The notes below the pieces were generated by a model. The model saw nothing but the letters and a program-made list of their open reading frames with translations, was not told the DNA's origin and searched no databases. 64,000 bases of DNA, taken from IMG/VR virus record IMGVR_UViG_3300046171_000193, positions 1 to 64,000 of that record. The stretch is one strand, 5' to 3'. This DNA comes from a virus. Below are positions 55,064-64,000 of this stretch, piece by piece. Numbering within the stretch: position 1 is the first letter of the stretch; every line of letters begins with the position of its first letter. A program made the translations under genes and the position numbers.

Positions 55064-56616
55064 TGGTAACATTTACAAAAACAAATAGCTATCTTTCTAC
55101 ATTAAATCAAAGGTTGTCGTCAGACGAGTTTGTACGTAACAGACCTGCTATTGCAGGTGAGTATGATGCATATAACTCATCACCTCTTGGTCAGTCTGCA
55201 GGCCAAATATTAAATGGATTTTTAGGTCTCAACGCATTGGTTGATTATCCAGGCCAGGGTGGAAATGCACTTTTTGGAATTGGAATGGCAAAACTTACTG
55301 AGACTGTTGCCGGGTTTGCAGCAGATTTAGTAGAAGAAATTGATGGTGCATTTGATGGAGTTGCTTCGGGGAACGCTAATTTTACTGATGTGCTGACTGT
55401 TTTAGGTACTCTTGGAGTTTTAACTGGAGAAAATACGGTCGCAAAAGGGTTTCTTTTAAGTTATTATGGAGCAAGCTCAGCAAATGGTATGCAAGGTTTA
55501 TTAGGTACAGCAACAAATAAACCTTCAGCTCAAATTGTAAATGCGGTACGTGTGGCACAAGATACTAGTTTGCAATCGTTTATGACTCAGGCATTTACTC
55601 GTTCAATATCTCAGGTTCTTGGACCTATTATTACAGAGTTTAATAAAAAGGTAGATTTAACATTAGGTACTGCAATATCTCCTATTATGCAGGCCGTAGT
55701 TGATATTATCGATACTCCTATTGGATTAACAATAGATGCATTAACTGGCGGCAATTTATCAGCAGCAGCAAGAAGTGGGATTATAACTCTTTTAGCAAAT
55801 GGACAATATGCGCAAGCGATTGCAGTAGTAGCTGCAAATTCAAATCAACCAATCGGTGCAATTGAAAGTCAACTCTATGGAGTTGATACTCGGTTTACTA
55901 CACGGGTGACGTATTCTGCATCTGTAACACTTCCTAATTTTCAGATAGGTTCTAACGCTGTTGGATGGGAAGGACAATTTACTCCGTCGAATAGATATGG
56001 AGGATCTGGTGGTGGAGCTGGAAATGTTCCATATAAATTTACAACAGTAGGTGGAGCAGAAGAATTAGAAGCCGACTTTGCTTCAGCGACAAGAGATATA
56101 ACTGAGACAGTCGTGCACTGGACAGGAACTTATACAGATCAAGATATTGGTGTTGAAGAGATACATCAGTGGCATCAGGCACAAGGATGGTCAGGTATTG
56201 GTTATCACTATGTGATTAGACGTGACGGTTCTATTGAACGTGGTCGACCAATAAACTATGTAGGAGCACACGCCAAAACAAATGGCCATAACGAAAATAG
56301 TATTGGAGTGTCATTTGTCGGTGGTTACACTACGCCAAGTACAGGAGTTACAGGCGGAGGCGCCTCGACAGGTCCAGAATCATTTACTGCTGCACAACAC
56401 ACTAGTTTTAAAATGTTTATGAAAACCTTTTATGATGTATTCCCAGGCGGGCAAGCATTCGGGCATATGGATACTGATCCACTCAATAAGATAGATCCAG
56501 GATTTAGTGTGACTGATTATGTACTTACTAATTTTAATAAGAGCAATGTTACAGAACCAACAGCTTCACCTTTAACTGTAGCACAACTACAAGCTTATAC
56601 GGAACCAACAGCATGA
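55063..56616 (+). CDS. virion protein with a C-terminal N-acetylmuramoyl-L-alanine amidase (Amidase_2)
   Basis: VVHWT, IGYHY, GAH, SIGV, GH...KIDPG. Confidence 0.85.
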   Translation: MVTFTKTNSYLSTLNQRLSSDEFVRNRPAIAGEYDAYNSSPLGQSAGQILNGFLGLNALVDYPGQGGNALFGIGMAKLTETVAGFAADLVEEIDGAFDGVASGNANFTDVLTVLGTLGVLTGENTVAKGFLLSYYGASSANGMQGLLGTATNKPSAQIVNAVRVAQDTSLQSFMTQAFTRSISQVLGPIITEFNKKVDLTLGTAISPIMQAVVDIIDTPIGLTIDALTGGNLSAAARSGIITLLANGQYAQAIAVVAANSNQPIGAIESQLYGVDTRFTTRVTYSASVTLPNFQIGSNAVGWEGQFTPSNRYGGSGGGAGNVPYKFTTVGGAEELEADFASATRDITETVVHWTGTYTDQDIGVEEIHQWHQAQGWSGIGYHYVIRRDGSIERGRPINYVGAHAKTNGHNENSIGVSFVGGYTTPSTGVTGGGASTGPESFTAAQHTSFKMFMKTFYDVFPGGQAFGHMDTDPLNKIDPGFSVTDYVLTNFNKSNVTEPTASPLTVAQLQAYTEPTA

Positions 56617-58106
56617 CAACAGATAATGATGAATTACCAGACCGCGCTTTAATATTCGGCAAACAAATCTACACCCAAGGTGTATTTCCAGTAGGATTTC
56701 AGGATCCTAGTGGAACATTTCCAAAAGTTGAATACGCATATAAATCAACTGTGAACAGAGCCGCTAGAAACCAAAAGCGTAATGATATTCTCACAAACGG
56801 TGGTATACCGACGTTGCCACAAAATGCTACGCCAACGCAAAAAAAGCTTCCACTATATCCATACAACCAAGTATTTGAAACTGCTGGTGGTCACATCTTA
56901 GAATTAGATGACACGATGGGTAATGAAAGAATATTAATTCGCCATCAGACCGGTGCAGGTATTGAGATTTCGCCAGACGGTACAGTAAAGATTAGTTCGG
57001 GTGGTGATACACATATCATGACTGGAGCAGATCAACACGTAGTCGTTGAAGGTAATGCACATATGACATATCAAGGTGATCTCAACGTTGATGTAGCAGG
57101 AGATTATAATCTAACGTGTGGTAATTTTAATCAATTAATTAACGGTGATAAGATACAACAGGTTGATGGTGCAAAGAGAGTTACAGTTGAAAAGAACTTT
57201 GGTGAAACTGTCAAAGGTGAATACTCTACTACTATTACTAAATCAAAAGCCGAAATGGTTCTTGGTGGAAGTACACAAGCTGTTAAAGGCGATATGGAGA
57301 TTGCATGCGAAGGCAACCAAGGAATTTTTGCATCAGGAACTCAGCGTATTACTGCAGAAGTAGGACAACAACTTACATCAGATAATACAAATATTGTAGC
57401 TAATGATATATCGGTCTTTGGACATAAAGGAACGATCGGCGGAGAAGAGATGGTTATGTATGCTCATAATCTTCATGCAGGCCATACCCTTTGGGTTGGC
57501 GATGGTGAAGGCGGAGCTGGTACAATTAACGTTGATACAATAAGAGCATTACGGATTGATGTAACGGGTGATATAACAGCGACAAATAGTATGACTGCTC
57601 CAACATTTCATGGAGATTTAAATGGCACTGCAGCAACAGCGTTAAGCTCAAACGAAGCAGGCTTACACAGCGCTTCTTCTGGTGGATTTATTCCACACCC
57701 GGGTGCAAGCTTAGGATATACGACTAATATTCAAGATATTAATACCGAACCGCTTGCAGATGACTTAAAAGCTACGGCTTTGCCTACCGCAAGTGTGGCA
57801 AGTACATATACAAAAGGTAATTTTGGTATTCAGAAAGTCAAGATCGATCCGAATGATGCCATGCTAGAAGGATTAAACCGAGAGACTGCGACCGGTGGAG
57901 TTACTAAAAGAAAATTGACTGCCGAAGAAGTAAGATCAAAAATGAGAGAGAATCGAACTTTAAATAATACTGACTTCACTGCTACGCAGATTGCTGAAGG
58001 TAAATTAAGTGAAAAGTATTCATCGCCAAATCCAAGTAAGATAGGACGATCCGCAAGTAGTAGTCCTACTGTTGGAGAAAATTCTATTCCGTTTGATGGT
58101 AGCTAA
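56613..58106 (+). CDS. gp5 C-terminal part (beta-helix spike)
   Basis: YPYNQVFETAGGH..ELDDT.GNER; VxG repeats. Confidence 0.85.
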   Translation: MTTDNDELPDRALIFGKQIYTQGVFPVGFQDPSGTFPKVEYAYKSTVNRAARNQKRNDILTNGGIPTLPQNATPTQKKLPLYPYNQVFETAGGHILELDDTMGNERILIRHQTGAGIEISPDGTVKISSGGDTHIMTGADQHVVVEGNAHMTYQGDLNVDVAGDYNLTCGNFNQLINGDKIQQVDGAKRVTVEKNFGETVKGEYSTTITKSKAEMVLGGSTQAVKGDMEIACEGNQGIFASGTQRITAEVGQQLTSDNTNIVANDISVFGHKGTIGGEEMVMYAHNLHAGHTLWVGDGEGGAGTINVDTIRALRIDVTGDITATNSMTAPTFHGDLNGTAATALSSNEAGLHSASSGGFIPHPGASLGYTTNIQDINTEPLADDLKATALPTASVASTYTKGNFGIQKVKIDPNDAMLEGLNRETATGGVTKRKLTAEEVRSKMRENRTLNNTDFTATQIAEGKLSEKYSSPNPSKIGRSASSSPTVGENSIPFDGS

Positions 58107-58108
58107 CT

Positions 58109-58738
58109 ATGAGAAACGATTATTTTACTCCTAACCCTGGCCAAAAACAAATTATACCGGATTCTTTATTTAATCCGAACAATGCAAGAGTCATAACTGC
58201 AGGTACTAAACTTGCAAAAGGTATAACGATTGGAAAGTTTTTAGGCGGAACTGGTGAAAAAACAAACTTAAATCATATTCAATCTCAATCAGAAAGATTA
58301 CAAATAGCTCGCAACTTATATCCTCAAGCCGTTGCTATGAACCGTATTAATACTTCTCTAGGTAAATTTGTAAACCATCGGCTTATCGTAATCGAGGGAC
58401 TATATACAAAAGGGGCTAATGAACAGCTTACAGAGAACGGTTTAAACGACTTAGCAACAAAAGGTCGGGCTGTTGTATATCAGCTGATTGATGAAACCGG
58501 TACGCCTGATCATGCAATGATGTTTGACTTAGCAGTGTATTGGAAAGATACAATACTTTATGATAAACTAATATTAGATTATGATAGGTTTTCTCCTGAT
58601 GGGCATTTAGAATGTCATGTGATTCTAACTATGCCACAAATACCACAAAATTTTAAAACAACATATAAAAAAGAATTATCAACGACGTTCAACGGTAATG
58701 TGCAAACAAACGGCGAACTTCTGGAAATTCTTGCGTGA
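58109..58738 (+). CDS. baseplate-associated hypothetical protein
   Basis: Position; YDKLILDY. Confidence 0.6.
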   Translation: MRNDYFTPNPGQKQIIPDSLFNPNNARVITAGTKLAKGITIGKFLGGTGEKTNLNHIQSQSERLQIARNLYPQAVAMNRINTSLGKFVNHRLIVIEGLYTKGANEQLTENGLNDLATKGRAVVYQLIDETGTPDHAMMFDLAVYWKDTILYDKLILDYDRFSPDGHLECHVILTMPQIPQNFKTTYKKELSTTFNGNVQTNGELLEILA

Positions 58739-58743
58739 TAACA

Positions 58744-58751
58744 TATAAATA
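58744..58751 (+). promoter_or_regulatory. late promoter TATAAATA
   Basis: Exact match upstream of gp25. Confidence 0.75.
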
Positions 58752-58772
58752 GATTAAAATATTGGATCGACT

Positions 58773-59216
58773 ATGGCACTTAGAGCTTTTGCACTTGAAG
58801 ACGGTAATTTATCTACTGGAAGTTTAAACGCTTCCCGTGAAAGAAATTATTCTGATATCGATCTTACATTTAGTGCAAATCCTACGGGTGATGTATATAA
58901 GAAGACTGACGCAGCTGCGGTTAAGCAGTCTATTAAAAATCTTCTAATGACAGGATTTCACGAGAAACCATTTAACTCTGGTTTTGGCGGAGGTCTAGGC
59001 ACATTATTATTTGAGCCAATTAATGAAGACACAGAGCCTGAAATAGAGCTAGCAATTAAACTGGCTGTACAAACATATGAACCACGTGCAATTATTAGAA
59101 AAGTAAATGTAACAGTTGATGAGCAGCAAAATGGAATACACGTCACGACTCGCTTCGCCATTCGTAATACTGGTGAAGACGTGGTAGTAGAAACGAACTT
59201 ATCGAGGTTAAGATAA
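58773..59216 (+). CDS. gp25: baseplate wedge gp25
   Basis: YSDIDL, AVKQSIKNL, EKPF, YEPR. Confidence 0.9.
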   Translation: MALRAFALEDGNLSTGSLNASRERNYSDIDLTFSANPTGDVYKKTDAAAVKQSIKNLLMTGFHEKPFNSGFGGGLGTLLFEPINEDTEPEIELAIKLAVQTYEPRAIIRKVNVTVDEQQNGIHVTTRFAIRNTGEDVVVETNLSRLR

Positions 59217-59217
59217 T

Positions 59218-61131
59218 ATGGCTACAACAGTACAAAATACTCAACTTGATTTTGACGCAGTTAAAAATAGTCTCAAAACCTTTTTTCAAGAAAAAGGTGA
59301 ATTTGCAGATTTTGATTTTGAAGCCTCTGGTCTTTCTAATGTTCTTGATGTTCTTGCTTATAATACTCATTACAATGCACTAACTGCTAACTTTGCTTTG
59401 AACGAAGCATTCCTTACAACGGCACAATTAAGAAGTTCAGTAGTATCTCATGCCGCAACATTAGGTTATGTACCAAGATCTCGTATTGCATCACGAGCCA
59501 CTGTGAATTTAAGTGTAAACCTATCAGGTGCTATCAATAGACCTTCGGCCGTCGTTCTCGAAGCAGGTAGTATTTTCACAGCTCCTGTTGGCGAAACAAC
59601 ATATACGTTTAGAACACTATCTGATATTACAGCAACAGATAACGGCGTTGGAGTATATAACTTTTTAAACAGTGATGGTACACGTGATATTTTAATATAC
59701 GAAGGCTCTATGACAAGAAAAAGATTTATTGTCGGCGAGAAAGGTGAACGTCAGCTTTATGTAATTCAAGATAATTCTATTGATACAACGACTGCAGACG
59801 TACGAGTATATGATACGCCAAGCAGTTCAAATTATGTTAACTATGCTCCTGTTACAAATGCTGTTACAGTTAACTCAAATTCTCGTTACTTTCAAATATC
59901 AGAAGCACCAAATGGTTTTTACGAATTAAACTTTGGTGATGGCATATCTTTTGGTAAGGCCCCTGAATCAGGTCAAATGATTCAAGTGCAATATTTGAGT
60001 TGTCTTGGCGCTGCTGCTAATGGTGCTGCCGTGTTTTCCCCAGGAGACACTGTAACAGTTAATGGCATTCAATACCTACTACAAGTAACTACTATTTCTT
60101 CGGCTGGTGTCGGTGGTCCTAGACAATCTTTAGAATCAATACGATTAAATGCGCCAATTGCTTTTGCTGCACAACAAAGACTTGTTACTGCCGATGACTA
60201 TAAAGCTGTGATACAAAGAAACTATCCAACAGTAACTGACTCTATTGCATGGGGTGGAGAGGATAACGTACCTGCAGATTACGGTAAAGTTTATTTGTCT
60301 CTTGTGTTTGAAAATGGTACAACCGAAAATCAAAAACAGGCTGTAAAAGATGCTATTGTTAGTGATGTGGCTTCTAATCTTTCCATTCTATCAATCGATA
60401 CTGCATTTCAAGATCCAGTTACTACATTTTTAGAAATTATTTTGACATTTAACTTTGATCCAAGTTTGACAGGACAAACAATTAAAGCGACAGAGGGAAA
60501 TGTATTTAACTCACTTGTAACTTATATTAATGAAGAATTAAAACAGTTTGGTGGTGTGTTTAGACGATCTGAGCTTTTAACTCGAATTGATGATATTAGT
60601 GAAGCAATTCTAAACTCTAAAGCTACTGTAAAGATGCAACAAAGATTTATACCTGATATGACTCAAAGCGCGACATATAACATGTACTTTCCTGTTGAAA
60701 TTTCTTCGCCATCTACAACTGATAATATTATTACATCATCTACGTTTATTTTTAATAATAAAGTTTGTTCTATCAAGAATGCTTTGTCGTTAACTAAACT
60801 ACAAATTGTAGATAATGTTGGTACAGTTGAAGTTGATAATATAGGATCTTATGATGCATTAAAAGGCACTGTAACATTAACCGGATTTAATCCATTCAGT
60901 ATTACAGCAGGAGTTAACTTTCTGAAAATTTCTTGTACGCCTGCAAACCAAGCAACTATTCGACCCTTACGTAGTTATATTTTAGATATTGACGAAGGTC
61001 CATCGTTTGCTTCAGCACAAGTTGATAGACAAGATACTGATGTTGTTTTAGGCGGATCAGGTAATACAGGAACTGGTATTACTGTTAGTTATGGTACCGG
61101 CAGTGGCGGTGGAGCTGGCGGAGGCTATTAA
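59218..61131 (+). CDS. gp6: baseplate wedge gp6
   Basis: LDFD..K, DFDFEASGL, LAYNTHY, RLVTADDY, WGGEDN. Confidence 0.92.
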   Translation: MATTVQNTQLDFDAVKNSLKTFFQEKGEFADFDFEASGLSNVLDVLAYNTHYNALTANFALNEAFLTTAQLRSSVVSHAATLGYVPRSRIASRATVNLSVNLSGAINRPSAVVLEAGSIFTAPVGETTYTFRTLSDITATDNGVGVYNFLNSDGTRDILIYEGSMTRKRFIVGEKGERQLYVIQDNSIDTTTADVRVYDTPSSSNYVNYAPVTNAVTVNSNSRYFQISEAPNGFYELNFGDGISFGKAPESGQMIQVQYLSCLGAAANGAAVFSPGDTVTVNGIQYLLQVTTISSAGVGGPRQSLESIRLNAPIAFAAQQRLVTADDYKAVIQRNYPTVTDSIAWGGEDNVPADYGKVYLSLVFENGTTENQKQAVKDAIVSDVASNLSILSIDTAFQDPVTTFLEIILTFNFDPSLTGQTIKATEGNVFNSLVTYINEELKQFGGVFRRSELLTRIDDISEAILNSKATVKMQQRFIPDMTQSATYNMYFPVEISSPSTTDNIITSSTFIFNNKVCSIKNALSLTKLQIVDNVGTVEVDNIGSYDALKGTVTLTGFNPFSITAGVNFLKISCTPANQATIRPLRSYILDIDEGPSFASAQVDRQDTDVVLGGSGNTGTGITVSYGTGSGGGAGGGY

Positions 61132-62141
61132 TGTCACATATCGCTGATTATAATCGGATAGTTCCTAACTTCAGAAACTATAGCGTTGCAGAAGTTTTAC
61201 CGCAATACTTTAGAGAAGAATATCCTAATCTCATTGCTTTTATGGAAGCGTATTACGAATACGTAGACTCTGATGAATCAATTAGTGCAATACAAGATTT
61301 GTTTAGTGTATATGATATTGAAAGTACATCATTAGCCAATTTAGAATATATCTTTGGTACAATTGCTGATGGAGCTAACTCAACGTATTTTAGCGAACCG
61401 CGTGAAGTACTTCGCAACTTTGCTAATTTTTATAGAGTTAAAGGTACAAAGTATTCTGCCGAAGGTTTCTTTCGTGCATTCTTTGGTATTGATGTTGAGG
61501 TAGATTATCCGAAACAAAGAATATTTAAACTCAATCAGTCTCAGTCAACAATCGGTACTGAGTCATTGCATTTTATACAAGACGGTGCATTATATCAAAT
61601 ATTCTCAGTACTTGTTAAATCGGCTATTCCGCTCAATACGTGGAGAGATCTATATAAAAAGTTTGTACATCCGGCTGGATTCTTTTTAGGCGGTGAGGTT
61701 GTTCTAGAACTACCGTCTACAAACTCTGAACTCTTGGTTATGCCAGATAATATTGATGAACCGCCACCACCATTATTTGTTGAGGGTACGGCAAATTATG
61801 ATATACCATTTGGATTAGTAGAGCCTATTGGTTATCTACCTGACGATGCAGATTCTGATAGCGTTATTGAACGTATTAGCTTAAAAGCAACAGTTGATCG
61901 GTTTAAAGATATGCCTGCTGATGTATTTGCTGCATCATATGGTAGAATTGACCAGGCAAAAGATATTAACTCGCCGACGATGGATGACTCGGCAAAAGAC
62001 GCTGTATATGCATACGGTGTGAGAATGAGCAACGACATCGAAAGAATGGATAGAAATAGATGGTTCTATGATTCCGACGCTGGTAACCCAAGATATATGG
62101 CTCTTGGATATGTCGACTCAAATTACGTAGAACTTACTTAG
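61131..62141 (+). CDS. baseplate wedge protein (gp7-like)
   Basis: LP..F..EYP, FYRVKGT, YQIFS, VHPAG. Confidence 0.7.
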   Translation: MSHIADYNRIVPNFRNYSVAEVLPQYFREEYPNLIAFMEAYYEYVDSDESISAIQDLFSVYDIESTSLANLEYIFGTIADGANSTYFSEPREVLRNFANFYRVKGTKYSAEGFFRAFFGIDVEVDYPKQRIFKLNQSQSTIGTESLHFIQDGALYQIFSVLVKSAIPLNTWRDLYKKFVHPAGFFLGGEVVLELPSTNSELLVMPDNIDEPPPPLFVEGTANYDIPFGLVEPIGYLPDDADSDSVIERISLKATVDRFKDMPADVFAASYGRIDQAKDINSPTMDDSAKDAVYAYGVRMSNDIERMDRNRWFYDSDAGNPRYMALGYVDSNYVELT

Positions 62142-62150
62142 AGGTAAAAC

Positions 62151-63734
62151 ATGGCAATCACATTAAGAAATTCTAAAGGGACGGCATTGACCCACGTCGA
62201 ACTCGATGCCAACTTTACCACACTGCAAAATGCTGACTTAGATTCGGCAGCGGTTACGTCTATTGCGCAAGCTTTAGATAATGCGCAGGTTATTCCTTCA
62301 CATATCAATACACTTGCTGGCGATTCAGATGTAGATTTTGGGTCTAAAAAAATCTATTATGCCAATATGTGGGATTCTGAAGGAGCTCTTCCAAATGCTA
62401 CGACGTATCATGGTATGTTTGCTCACGTTCATGCAACCGGAGCAGGATACTTTGCTCATGGCGGAGCCTGGGTAAAGCTTGCTAATAACGCAGATCTTGG
62501 AACCGGTATTGACTCGGCCAAGACTATTGCGCTCATTGATAGTGCATACGTACAAGCAAGAGAAGGCATTGACAGTATCGGTGAATTATCTAACGTTAAC
62601 ATGTCTGGTATTGCAAACAACAAAATCCTTAAATGGGATTCAGGAACTCAACACTTTATTGTTGCTTCTGATGTAAGTGGCGGTGGAGGCGGTGGAGGTC
62701 TAGCATATGCAGACTTTAGTGTATCAGTCGCTGCAGCAGGTTCTGCTAACTTGGCATATAATAACGCAACAGGTGTGACTACTTACACTCCACCAGACTT
62801 ATCAAGCTATTTACAAAGCTATACTGTAACTGAAAACGATGTAACGAACCATCAAGCTGCATTGTCAATTACTGAATCTCAAATAAGTAACTTACAGGCT
62901 TATCTAACAAGTGAAACATCTCATGCTGATGTACTTGTAGATGGAGACTTTGCAAGTGCAGGATTTATGAAAACTAATGGATCCGGAACATATTCGATAG
63001 ACAATAGTACATACATTTCTCAGGGTCAATCGATTGATATGAACGGTACTGAGTTAATACTAGATCAAAATGGTAATACAAGTTTTCATGCAAGTACTGA
63101 TGATCAGATCGATATTAAAATAGGTGGTACAGATGTAGGATATTTTAATTCTACCGGACTTGTTGTTGATAATATTACATCTCAGGCAACAGGTACTCCT
63201 ACTCTCACTGCATCAACTGATATTAATATGGTCACAGGTGGCTCTGTTACAGTAAGTCAAAACAGTGGTGCAGGCGGTGGATTCAGGGTTGGTAGTATGA
63301 CAACGTCACAGCGTAATGCATTGTCAGCATCTAATGGTGAAATCATTTATAATACTACTAACAGTCAAATGGAAATTTATGAGCATAGCGCATGGCATCC
63401 GATGACAAAAGGTTCTAATGTATTTAATGTCACAAGTAGCGGTTCTAGCGATTATGTTTTTAATGATCCAGAGAGTCATTGGTTTACTTCATCAACAAAT
63501 GATCCTGTTCTCTATTTGCGTAGAGGCGAAACATATTACTTTGTTGTTAATGCTTCTGGCCATCCATTTCAAATTCGTGTAAGTAATGGTGGGTCTGCAT
63601 ATGCTGATGGTATAACAGGAAATACACAGGCCGTAGGAACGGTCGTATTTAAAGTTCCGATGGGTGCACCATCTACATTGTACTATCAATGTACTGCACA
63701 CTCGGGTATGGGTAACACAATAAACATAGTGTGA
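62151..63734 (+). CDS. virion fibre/structural protein with a C-terminal cupredoxin-like domain
   Basis: LRNSKGTALTHVELDANF; GHPF...YYQCTAHSGM. Confidence 0.7.
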   Translation: MAITLRNSKGTALTHVELDANFTTLQNADLDSAAVTSIAQALDNAQVIPSHINTLAGDSDVDFGSKKIYYANMWDSEGALPNATTYHGMFAHVHATGAGYFAHGGAWVKLANNADLGTGIDSAKTIALIDSAYVQAREGIDSIGELSNVNMSGIANNKILKWDSGTQHFIVASDVSGGGGGGGLAYADFSVSVAAAGSANLAYNNATGVTTYTPPDLSSYLQSYTVTENDVTNHQAALSITESQISNLQAYLTSETSHADVLVDGDFASAGFMKTNGSGTYSIDNSTYISQGQSIDMNGTELILDQNGNTSFHASTDDQIDIKIGGTDVGYFNSTGLVVDNITSQATGTPTLTASTDINMVTGGSVTVSQNSGAGGGFRVGSMTTSQRNALSASNGEIIYNTTNSQMEIYEHSAWHPMTKGSNVFNVTSSGSSDYVFNDPESHWFTSSTNDPVLYLRRGETYYFVVNASGHPFQIRVSNGGSAYADGITGNTQAVGTVVFKVPMGAPSTLYYQCTAHSGMGNTINIV

Positions 63735-63738
63735 TAAA

Positions 63739-64000
63739 ATGAGCGAAAAGTATTACGTACTAACAACATATACAAAGGAACAATTTGATGAAATAAGCGC
63801 AGAGCTTATAACATCTGATTCAACTCCGGAGACAATACCCGATCGATCAGTTGATTGTACTGATACGAAAGAACACAGCGATGTACGTGGTGAATTTTCA
63901 TTAACAGAAGAAGAGTCAGCCGCTTTACAATCCGATGATCGTGTTAAAATAATTAATGAAAGTCCAAACAGATACCCTGAAACATATATGCCACCTCCTG
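63739..64000 (+). CDS. N-terminus of a virion protein (possibly an S8 protease propeptide), truncated by the window edge
   Basis: YYVLT...IPDRSVDC...LTEEESAALQSDDRV. Confidence 0.45.
   Translation, partial: MSEKYYVLTTYTKEQFDEISAELITSDSTPETIPDRSVDCTDTKEHSDVRGEFSLTEEESAALQSDDRVKIINESPNRYPETYMPPP

Noticed and set aside
1-64000. CRISPR array, IS/transposase, integrase or rRNA
   Set aside because: No regularly spaced repeats or recognisable motifs; the recurring AACTGTGTACA elements are dispersed promoters
1-64000. Alternative genetic code (stop-codon reassignment)
   Set aside because: Core genes are full length under the standard code and end at TAA, TAG and TGA; the tRNA is not a suppressor

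Overview
The whole window is a gene-dense, AT-rich segment of a T4-like (probably marine) myovirus genome infecting a Gram-negative host; an i-/o-spanin pair supports the Gram-negative call. Main modules from left to right: tailoring enzymes (2OG-Fe(II) oxygenase, SDR, QueC-like); a structured RNA plus tRNA-Arg(UCU); early accessory genes, including a half-size Na/Pi cotransporter and a nearly guanine-free ORF; a ~9-11 kb cluster of proteins with T4-type capsid-targeting N-termini (ligase-like KxDG enzyme, HxGH nucleotidyltransferase, His-rich and basic polyprotein-like cargo); spanins; class II RNR behind tandem NrdR boxes; GIY-YIG nuclease, DenV-like glycosylase, PhoH, M15 endolysin and exonuclease; a 7-gene glycan-tailoring cluster; a nitrilase-family gene; a minus-strand membrane/IscA operon and a plus-strand radical-SAM/SPASM cluster sharing one palindromic late promoter; gp33 and gp32; and the tail/baseplate module (tape measure, gp26 with a -1 frameshift extension, gp54, gp2, gp4, gp48, gp53, hub, three-part gp5, gp25, gp6, gp7-like, fibre). 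Fifteen copies of a TGTACA-N17-(-10) promoter and several TATAAATA late promoters are visible. The most novel-looking items are the G-less gene, the capsid-cargo cluster, the TTTTTTG frameshift between gp26 and a gp51-like ORF, the rSAM/IscA divergon and the multi-hairpin RNA before the tRNA. All family assignments come from motif recognition by eye; no database searches were run.
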